Made by a program: the position numbers and the translations under genes
Source of the DNA: Gracilinanus agilis
Lineage: Eukaryota
Length of the DNA: 64,000 nucleotides
Assembly: GCF_016433145.1 (NCBI RefSeq)
Contig: NC_058131.1
Coordinates: 669,461,418 to 669,525,417, forward strand
Direction of reading: 5' to 3'
Notes under the pieces: generated by a model
Told to the model about the DNA's origin: nothing
What the model saw: only the letters and a program-made list of their open reading frames with translations
The model's database searches: none
Part shown: piece by piece, positions 11,402 to 20,888 of the stretch
Position numbering within the stretch: position 1 is the stretch's first letter
How the letters are laid out: each line of letters begins with the position of its first letter

Positions 11402-12807
11402 GTAAGATCTCTCTGCCAATCATTCTCCCTCAGTCTTTCCTGCCTGCCCTGCCTGATTTCCTATCCTGCCCCAAATCGCACATCCTAGAACCCAGCTTGG
11501 GGGTTTGAACCCCAGAGGAATCTGGGGCTTCTCCTGGAGAGGCCATAGAGGAGGGAATATTAAACTAGCTGGGTGTTTCTACCCATTCTGGTCCCTAGAG
11601 AAGGAGCTGTGGCACCGCAGAACCAGAGATGGATTGTAGGGGTGGGGACTAGAGTTGGGTTCTGGCTTAGAATTGAGATTGGGTTTAGGGAAGTATGTTT
11701 GGGTTTTGGTTAAGATTAGGAGGTCATTTCAATTTAGCATGTGGTTTAGGGTAAGAGTTAGGGTTGGGGATTATTGAGGTTGAGGCTGAGTCAGGCTCCC
11801 AGTTATCAGATGCCCCTGGCCATCTGCCCTTGTAGCAATTTCCTGTCTCTTGGGTTTCTTCCCCACTACAGATGGGCTGCCAGGAATCTCAAAATACTAC
11901 AGAGCCTAAGAATCACTCACATCCTCAATGCTGCCCATGGTGGATTAGGCGTATCCACAGGACCAGGTTATTATCGTCACATACCTATGACCTACCTTGG
12001 GATAGAGGCTTTTGATGACTGTGCCTTTGACCTCAGTGTCTTTTTCCATGAGGCAGCAAACTTCATCCAGGGAGCACTAGAGACCCCAGAAGGTAAGAGG
12101 GAGGCAGGTGGCAGGGACTTTCTCTTTTGCCCAAGCCCTATAAGCACTGCACCCTACCCCATTCTCAGGGCTATGCAAAAATGAACAGAAGTGAGTCTGG
12201 AAGTCCAGTGCCCTGGGTCTAGGGGTTTGGTGCGATTTAATACCTATGGTTGCCCCCTGATTTTCTGTTGCATTGGTTGTAAGTTTCCAGCCTGTAAAAT
12301 GGACAGGAGACTCTTCTTTCATTGTCCTTTCCTTTATACCCACTTGGGACTGTTCTTGTGTCCCCAGTTCCATGGCATAATATATTGGATTTGGTGTCAG
12401 GAAGACCCAAGTTCAAATCCAGCCTTAGATACATCCTAGCTGTGTGACTGTGGACAAGTTACCTAATCTTTCTTGGCCTCAGTTCCTCATCTGTAAAATG
12501 AAACTTGGACTCGGTGGCCCTTGGGGTCCCTTCTACATCTAAATCCCTGATTTTATGATTCTTCCCAGGGAAGGTGCTTGTCCACTGTGCCATGGGGCTT
12601 AGTCGCTCTGCTACCCTGGTACTTGCCTTCCTGATGCTCCGGAAGCATCTGACCTTGGTGGAAGCCTTGAAGACAGTAAGTGTCCATCGAAACATCTGCC
12701 CCAATCTGGGGTTCCTCTCTCAGCTGCGTAACTTGGACCTCCAACTTAGCCAGGAACAACATAATAGGGACAGGGAGAGTCTGATGGCACCTACCACTCT
12801 GCACTGA
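11268..12807 (+). CDS. Unnamed third DUSP13/DUSP29-family phosphatase, 197 aa; join(11268..11401,11872..12092,12569..12807)
   Basis: [197 protein letters not shown]. 594 nt, no stops or frameshifts, canonical GT-AG sites, catalytic Cys/Arg and general-acid Asp intact. The start codon choice (11268 vs the next Met or an upstream exon) is uncertain. Confidence 0.9.
11872..12092 (+). CDS. Third paralog coding exon 2 (221 nt, phase 2-1)
   Basis: Acceptor CCCACTACAG|A; [10 protein letters not shown]; general-acid Asp codon 12014-12016; donor GAAG|GTAAGA. Confidence 0.92.
12371..12560 (+). mobile_element. MIR/MAR-type SINE in intron 2 of the third paralog, abutting the 3' splice site
   Basis: GAAGACCCAAGTTCAAATCC, CTAGCTGTGTGAC, CTCAGTTCCTCATCTGTAAAATG, GTCCCTTCTACATCTAAATCC...ATGATTC tail. 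Confidence 0.75.
12569..12807 (+). CDS. Third paralog coding exon 3 (catalytic HCAMGLSRS)
   Basis: Acceptor TTCTTCCCAG|GG; motif at 12583-12609; TGA at 12805-12807. Confidence 0.92.
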
Positions 12808-12808
12808 A

Positions 12809-12814
12809 AATAAA
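12809..12814 (+). terminator. AATAAA poly(A) signal immediately after the third paralog stop
   Basis: TGAAAATAAA seen at 12805-12814. Confidence 0.6.
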
Positions 12815-14299
12815 ATGGTCATTTAAAAAAATAGCTGCAGCTTTATTGACATTTCACTAAGTTCAAAGGTTCTGCCAATGGTGTTATCCTCTGTTAAGAA
12901 AGGATCAGAAGGTTGAGGATCTAGAAGCCATGAGTTTGTCCTCTCAAGTCAGTATCTGTCATATCAAGACTGTGCCTGTGAAGACTGAAATTTTCAGAGA
13001 TCAAGATGGCAGAGAGACACCATGAAGTGGAGACAGGATAGAAGAACTTGGTCAAGGTTTCCTGGGGCTTTTCCAAAGGTCCTAATATGGACTGGAGATG
13101 CGAAGAGCTCTGAGCAAATTCAGGTCACAAATTGATTTCTGTTCAGGGTCTAGGAAATATGCAGTGGTCATTCCTCTGTATACCCTTCCCAACAGTCGCT
13201 TTTCTGAACTCTCTAGGCTCCAAATAGTGCCTATCCTCTACCTGGAACTAATTATGGGCTTTTAAAATAGATTCTTACAGAAAAGACATCTAATTTCTTC
13301 AAACTATAGGCCAAGGAACTGGACTTCATTTCCAGGCAAAATCCCCACAGGTTCCTTGTTACTCTGTCCATTGGTCTGGCATCCTGGGGGGTAAACTCTG
13401 TCAACTCTGTGAAGAGGGATGGACATGGAATACGTATTTATAGAGTCCCTCCTATGGACTAGGCACTGTGCTAAGTGCTTAAAAAATATCTCATTTGAAG
13501 AGCATTTGAACTTCTCTTTCTATTCCTTTCATCGATTTGTTCCTTCCCCACCTTTCTTTCTGGAATAGCCAAGGCTAGTGGGGATGGGGGAAAAGAGAGG
13601 ACTTGTAAGAGTCCAGGAATGGGCTAGATATCTGAGTGGTCAAGAACAGGTGGCCATGGGCAACTAGATGGCTTAGTAGATATAGACTAGAGACAAAAGG
13701 TCCTAGGTTTAAATCTGGCTTCTGATAGCTCCAAGCTGAGCAAGTCGCTTAACCCCATTTGCCTAGCCTTTATCTTCTTTTGCCTTGCAACTAATACTTT
13801 TTATTGATTCTATTAAAAAATAAACAAACAGGTGGCCTATTGGCAAGCCCAGTTTGCCTTCCCTTCTCTCTCATGCCTCCCATCCTAAGTGGGGCAAGAC
13901 CATAATCATGGGCCTTCTCCCATTTTGCCTGCTACCCCTTATTTCTACATAATAATAAAGGCTTGAAAAGAATACCCACACATTTTTAAATCCTCTTGGC
14001 CAAGGATTAGTCTCCTACAGCTTTCCCTGGCTCTTCCTCCCACTTCCCAACAATCATTGACACATACCATATATATAGCCCAGGCTATGACTGGACCAGC
14101 CATCTCCTTAGCATGTGGAGTGCTGGTGTTGGGTCAGAGGGGGTGGAGGCAGGGGTCTGGTGCCAGGACTGCCAGACTAGGCTCAGTCTCGTGCTCTGCC
14201 ATGCCATCCCCTCGGCACCTTCCCCTCCTGGGAATGAACGGGACTGATGGCCCTGGGTAGGGTAAGAAGAGGAGGGCGGAAGGGGGGAAGCGGATCATG

Positions 14300-14428
14300 G
14301 TTTATAATTAAACACAAATTCAAAATAGAAGCAGCCTCAACAGAGCAGAGACAGGCAGTTGGGAACCTGCCTATCGGGAGACCGTAGCCAGTGCCTGGAA
14401 CCAGGCTAGGCCCTCTCCACAGGTGAGT
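14300..14428 (+). promoter_or_regulatory. Candidate TATA-like promoter and non-coding 5' exon ending in a consensus donor
   Basis: TTTATAATTAAA near 14300, E-box CAGTTG near 14357, CAG|GTGAGT at 14422/14423. Confidence 0.4.
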
Positions 14429-15502
14429 GTCACCCCCCTCCTCAGCCCATTCTCAGAATGATCAGAAGCCCTTTTGGGGCATAGGCTTGGGGGTGGCAGG
14501 GGCACACATGGGTGGTGGTAGCTGGGTGTGTGGGAAGAGTTAGAGCCATCTGAGCCACCCGGAGTCAGAGGGAGAGACAGACAGACAGGGAGTCAGAAAC
14601 AAAGAAAACTGACAGTCAAATGCAGAATTGTGGCCCTCCTCATCCCAGCCCAGACAAGACAACCCCCACCTGTGTATTTATAAGAGGTTGGTAAAAGAGT
14701 AATTAATTATACCTGATAAGTAACCTGAGAGTGTAGTAGAGTGGTTAGGGAGACGGTCTGGAGTGGGGGAAAACAAAGATCTATACACAGCTGGTTGTCT
14801 TTGTCATCCACATTTTATTTTATACATTTTAAAATATTATTCTGAAGAGTCCACGGGCTTCATCCGATCCTGGCAAAGGGGTCAAGCACGAGCGCACACA
14901 CAAGACAGTTAAGAATCCTCTGCATAGAAAAAATCTATAGTAAGAGATTATGGGTTCAAATCCCAACGCTGCCACTTACTGCCTTTACATCATTTCAATT
15001 CTCTGGGCCTTGGATTATTCATCCGTGAAATAAGGGGAGACGTTCACAGGCTACTGGCCGGAGAGCTGCCCTAAAACTCGAAGCACTCCAGATGCCTCTG
15101 AAGACTCTGAGTTAGAGAATTTTGCCAAAGAAATCCCCAATCCGAGCCCTTTTCCCTTCCGCCACTCAAAACCCAGGGACAAGACTGGCTGACCCCTAAG
15201 GTCCCTTCCACCTCTGAATCTACCATTTTATAATATGTGTGAGACTTGGATTGTGGTCCGGATACTTGTGAGCTGAGTGACCCTGGGAGAGTGCCTTGAC
15301 TCCTGAGTCTGCGTGGACAGAGTTAAGTCTGCTACTCACCCGCTCCTCTGTTCTGTTCTCAGTGTTTTGGGGGCCCAGAGAGGAAGGGAGTTTCTCAAAT
15401 CAAAGAAAGGTGGAGACACATAATGGGATTGAGGGAGGGCAGAAAAGACGGGGTCTTCCAGCTGCTTGGGGCCAGCCAGCTAAGCCTGGACGGAAGGCAG
15501 CA

Positions 15503-15504
<2 letters not shown>

Positions 15505-15566
<62 letters not shown>
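15505..15566. repeat. (TG)31 microsatellite
   Basis: Direct reading. Confidence 0.98.
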
Positions 15567-15570
<4 letters not shown>

Positions 15571-15710
15571 CCCTTTGGCAGGATCAGACAAAGCTTATGG
15601 ACTCTTCAGAATCATATTTTAAAGTGCATAAAATAAAATGTGTAGGATTACAAAGGAAACCAATTATATTAAGATATTTGTCAAACTATTAAAAAAAAAT
15701 TAGTTCACAA

Positions 15711-15850
15711 GGGGCAGCCAGGTAGCTCAGTGGACAGAGGCAGGCCTAGAGAGGGGAGGACCAGGGTTCAAATGTGGCCTCAGACAGTCCCTAGCTGTGT
15801 GACCCTGGGCAAGTCACTTAACCCTAATAACCTAGCCCTTACCACCCTTC
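15711..15850 (+). mobile_element. Opossum-type SINE whose tail runs into an AT-rich expansion
   Basis: GGGGCAGCCAGGTAGCTCAGTGG head, CTAGCTGTGTGACCCTGGGCAAGTCACTTAACCC core. Confidence 0.85.
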
Positions 15851-15852
15851 TG

Positions 15853-16635
15853 TATTAATATAGTATTAAAATATAATATAGTAAAATATAAATTCAATAT
15901 ATTAGAAATACACCATCATATTATAATACATTATTATATTAAATACATGAAAACATACAATAAAGAAATATAATTGTATAACATATTGCATATATTATTT
16001 ATTACAATATAAATTAATATAATATACTATTTATAAAATATATATTAATATATTAATACAAGTATGTAGGTTTATGATTCTTCCCAGGGAATACAAGTAT
16101 GTATTAATATAGTATTCATTCTAAGTATTAATATATAATATATTAAATATAAATTAAATATAATTATATCTAATATATTGAATATATTAGATATTACACA
16201 TATACTTTTATATATAAATATAAAACATTTATATTTATATACATATTATTTATATGTATATATAATAAAATTGTATGCCAATATAGTATTCATTCTAAGT
16301 ATTAATATATTAAATATACATTAAAATAAATATAATTATATAGAATATCTTGTGTATATTATGTTATACGTACTAATTGTATATAATATATTAATACAAT
16401 TGTGTATTAACATAGTGTTAATTCTAAATATTAATATGTGATATATTAAAATATATATTAAAATAAAGAAATATAACCACATAGAATACATTGTGTATGT
16501 TATATATTCTACATATAATTTTATATATTATTTATATAATATAGGAGTATAATTCTGTATTAATATAATATTAATTCTAAAACAAAGAGTGATGATGATG
16601 ATGATGATGGTGATGATGATAATAGTAATAATAAT
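15853..16635. repeat. ~730-bp extremely AT-rich degenerate repeat followed by (GAT)n/(AAT)n triplets
   Basis: Almost only A/T; recurring AATATAGTATTCATTCTAAGTATTAA-like units. Confidence 0.9.
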
Positions 16636-16639
16636 GGTA

Positions 16640-17850
16640 ATAACAATAATCATCCATCCTGCCAGGGAAGTTGCTAAATTAGTGGTTGTGCTGGTGGGTA
16701 CAATCGCTAAAAGGTCTTGGGGGGACTGAGATTGGGGCTTCTCCTCTACCTTCCTCGCAGTGGGGCTGCAGGGCCGGAGAATGGCCAAGGGAGGGCAGTC
16801 TTCCCCTAGATTTGATCCTGAGAGGCCAGAGAAAAAGATGGCCCAGGGAGAGCTGGGTGGGACCAGTCTCTCCATCAGAACTGCCCAGAGAAGGCAGAGA
16901 CTGCCAGCCTTTGGGGGGACCAAAGCTTCCTGCCCCGCAGCCTTAACTGGGTCAGAGTCAAGGATGAAAGGGCCAGCGGGCAGGGCCAGGCCCCCCACCC
17001 CCACCCCCGAGTGGCCGCTGGTTTGTTGCTGGTACTGGCTGTGACCTCCCCCTTCTCTCGGGCCAACACCCCCTCTCCGGGGCCCCTTTAAATGACATCA
17101 TCCCGGGGCTGCTTAACTCTGGCCTGCCCTGGGCCGGGGGCTGAGTCTCTCGGAGCCTTGAGCCCGCTTCAGGATGCTCCGGGCCACGCTGGGCTCCCCT
17201 TGGGGCAGGGCCAGCGCGGGGCCTCCCTTGGGCTCTCCCCCTCCCCCCAGGGGCTTCCAGGTGGAAGGGCTGGAATCCTAGCCGCTTCACAGCATCTGTG
17301 TTCTCAGAAGGAACCTCATCCCCCTGTTCCGATCCCTACTGTTGAGTCCAGCACTGCCCTGGCCCCCAGAGCCTCCAGACTCGAGCCCTAGACCATGTTC
17401 TAGGTAGGTGGGATTATATGGTTCTATAGACTCAAGCCCTGCACCATGTTCTAGGTAGAGGAGGTAAGACCCCCGTTACTGGAGAAGGGTTGGAGGCCTC
17501 CAGGATCAGGCAGCCCTCCGGTGGGCTTCGACTCCCACCCAGTTACAGCCTGGGACATCTGTCGCCCCACAGCCAGGGTTTCTGGGAGTTCAGCATTCTA
17601 GGTCAACAACCATTTCTGCCACCAACTGGCTGCGGGAGTTTGGGCAGGCCACTGAAGTTCTAGGAGTTTCCCTTCTCCCCCACGGCCCCTTTTTAAGCTG
17701 TGACAGTGGAAGAGCGCTCTCTCCCACGCGTGTCCCTTGCCTAGCGTCCCCCTCGGCGAGGTGGCCTGAGAAAGAAGGCGCCGCCTCCATCTTACACGGC
17801 CTAGCCGCGGTCCTCAGGATGGGAGGTGGAAGCCAGAGGGATACCAGGCC
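16640..17850. promoter_or_regulatory. Internal GC/CpG-rich island between the third paralog and DUSP13B
   Basis: Roughly 30+ CpGs in ~1.1 kb (approximate count by eye); CRE-like TGACATCA at ~17093; strong acceptor CTTCCTCGCAG| at 16760. Confidence 0.55.
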
Positions 17851-20108
17851 CTGATAGATGACCCCACCATTTTATAAGCTCCAACTTCCCAGGCATTTCC
17901 TCATACGGCTGGCTCTCCACATAACCCACCTTCCTGGACAAGACACAACCAGTGTCTCCATTTCCATGCCCACCAAGGCCCTGGAAACACGCTCTGTCAC
18001 CCCAAAATGATGTTTCTGGACACAGCTCAGAATGCAAAGGAGGAGAGGAGAAAAATTAAGGCTGTGGCTAACCTTTCCTCGGTCAGATGGGAAGGTTCAC
18101 GCCTATGAGAGGTGAGGGTCTCAATGGGGATTGAGGGGGGACGGGTCTATGTTCATTTTCACCAGAAATCCCAGGGGCAGCGTCAGCAACAGACCCCCGA
18201 TATTGGGAGAGGAACCCGAAGTGTCCAGGGGTTATGTTCAACCAGGTGAAAACTAGGGCATAGCTTGGGACATTATTATATCCTGGCTAGAGGGGGAAGT
18301 CACTTAAATTCCTAGATTCAGCTGCTTCAACCCCATGTGAGGGTCTCGAAAATATTACTGGTCCTCTCCTTACCTGGGAAAATGATGAGAAGAACTTGGA
18401 TCCCCTCACCTACCCCTTCCACCCAGGGCTAGGGATCCCCCTTCACACACTTGGCAAGTAATATATTTACTACATATTATAATAGAGCAAGCTTTTCAGG
18501 TTTAGTGAATTCTTCCAGCCTGGCCTATGCAATATTAGTTCTTGTTAAAATTTTGAAGTCACTTGGACAGTGTCTATATATATCCCTAAAAATAACAAAT
18601 ATCTCCTAATCCTATTACCTAAGAGGCTACAGCCTAACCCTCAGAACAAGAGGCTGTGGCCCATTGGTTGGTTATTGTCCTTCCTACTCAAAAAGGACCA
18701 AAATGACATCACTATGTTGATATAATGTGTCTGACTCTGGCTGAGCCCACCAATGTGAGCTCAGAAGGCTTTCCTACAAGTCAGGCACAAAAAGCCCGAA
18801 TGAATATTTGGCATAAAAGTTTCAAAGGGATGAAAGTCCACTTTCCTTGAATGGTAGATTTTTTTTAAAGTACTTTGAAGTTCAGTTAACAAGCAATCAA
18901 CTGAGGTCAGTATGTATTCCATAATAATAATAATAATAATAATAAATCATAGAATCACAGAATTTTCAAGAAGGGTTACATGTTTAACCCTAGTCCCCAG
19001 GGACCTGTGGGTCATGTTCAACCACTGAAATGAGGGGAAAACAACTCAACTTTAGGGCTAGTCCATTCCACTCAGACTTTCAGGACACTTGGAGAGAAGG
19101 AAATGGGTTAAGGGCAAGGGGGACTGAGGCCCCTTCTTACTTCCAAATGTCTGGTCCCTTTTGGGTTTTGTTGGAGAGTATGTTAGAGGAAAAATTACCA
19201 TTTCAATTTAATTCAGCAAAAATTAAGCACCTACTATGTGCCCAGGGTCCTGGAAAATCCAAAGACAAAAATTATCTTGTCCCTTGAAATCATTCTACTC
19301 TTCTAAACACTAGTAGGACTCTGAAACCATCATGTCCAGAGGAGGTTGGCTTGACCAGTTTAGGTGCCAGACAAGTATGTGGCTAAGTTCTGGTGGCCAA
19401 TGGGACACAGTAATGAAACCATAAGTGGCCTCAGTTGGGAAGCCTGATAGGTAGCAAGGGACTAGTCTGGGAGAAGAAAGAATGGAGATCCACCTTCCTA
19501 TGAAACACAAACAGATCTCTGAGGGGCAATGGATGACATAAACCCTGCAGGGGTCACTTATCCTCTCAGTCTCCAGGCTAAGCTGAGGCAAGAAAGCTGG
19601 GGAGGTAGATGGGGAAAATGCACAGCCCTCCTTCTGTCCTTGTAGACATCCTTAGCAGAATGACCTCTTCCTATATCCCAGGTAAGGCAGAGATGAGGGG
19701 AAAGAAGATGGTGTGGAATTACTGATAGTTACAGATGGAAGGGAATTTTTAAAGGTCACCTATCCCAACCCCTTTAGGTCTTCCCACCTCCCCATTCACT
19801 TTGTGGATATGAAAGCTAAGGCCCAGAGATGTTAAGTAACTTGCCAGAGGGATAATAGCCACAGCTATTCAGTGTTAGAGTTGAACTATAATCCAGACCC
19901 CATGTTGCATTTTGACTCTAGCCCTGAGATTCCTCCTCTGTAAAATGATGGTGTTAGTCTTGATGACCTCAAAGATCCCCTCCAGCTCCTTCCTGGAGGA
20001 GTTCTTGGGACATGATGATCTTCCCATTGTCAAGCCAGAACTATTTCCACTGGATCGTGTAGTGAAAGTCATCCACAGGTCACACAGCTCCTTGTTGGGC
20101 TGCCAGAG

Positions 20109-20345
20109 GGGATGGGGGATGAGGAAACAGAGTAATAATCCCTGAAGGTAGTGGGACCAATTCTCCAGTGGGATGGGGGATGAGGATGCAGAGTAGTAAT
20201 CCCTGAAGGTAGTGGGACCAATTCTCCAGTGGGATGGAGGATGAGGATGCAGAGTAGTAATGCCTGAAGGTAGTGGGACCAATTCTCCAGTGGGATGAGG
20301 ATGCAGAGTAGTAGTCCTTGAAGGTAGTGGGACCAATTTTCCAGT
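20109..20345. repeat. 61-bp minisatellite, 4 copies (last copy 54 bp)
   Basis: GGGATGGGGGATGAGGATGCAGAGTAGTAATCCCTGAAGGTAGTGGGACCAATTCTCCAGT starting at 20109, 20170, 20231 and 20292. Confidence 0.97.
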
Positions 20346-20700
20346 GGGAGATCCCCAACCCTGTCTCTGCAGATGCTGTGATCTCTCTTTGGCCTTTTTG
20401 ATCCTCTTCTTTCTATAGGCCCCAGAGCATCTCCCACCTTCCTTCCCATGGTTGATTCTATGAGAGGACAAGTCTCCTAGCACCTATTCTTTTACTGCTG
20501 AGAGAGACAGGTCTCTCTCTCTCTCTTATTAAAAACAAAACAAAACAAAAACCACTTATCTTTCCCCCCAGTGATGGGAGAGACAGCTCTTCCTGGATTC
20601 TGGGACTCATTCCTCCTCCCCACTTCCCTCTCACTTCCCCCCTCCCTCCCCCAGGGCCCGCACAAGGACAGCAATGGGATGCCCTCCCCTGTTTTCCAGG

Positions 20701-20888
20701 ATGGATTCACTGCAGAGACAGGACCTGCGGAGGCCCAAGATCCATGGGGCAACCCGAGTTAGCACCCAGAACCTCGCCCCCTACCAGACACCCACTTTGG
20801 CCTACCTGCAGCGCCTGCTGTGGATTCGAAGGGCCACCTCAATGAGCCACATCAATGAGGTCTGGCCCAACCTCTACCTGGGAGACGC
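20701..20888 (+). CDS. DUSP13B: DUSP13B coding exon 1 (acceptor CCAG|G ATG at 20700)
   Basis: MDSLQ start; donor GC|GTAAGC. Confidence 0.95.

Noticed and set aside
11219-12807. Idea that unit 2 is a processed or decayed pseudogene, or an assembly duplicate of DUSP13A/B
   Set aside because: It has introns at the ancestral positions, no disabling changes, and about one-third of residues differ from each neighbour even in the most conserved exon.
15296-17004. ORFs containing CVCVCV, HTHTHT or IIITII runs (15296, 15400, 15423, 16528)
   Set aside because: Produced by (TG)n and (GAT/AAT)n microsatellites.
20109-20345. Regular repeat array that could be mistaken for CRISPR, and the overlapping - strand ORFs (19875-20483, 20069-20449, 20080-20358)
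   Set aside because: Head-to-tail 61-bp units with no unique spacers in a vertebrate genome. The ORFs are simply translations of the minisatellite.
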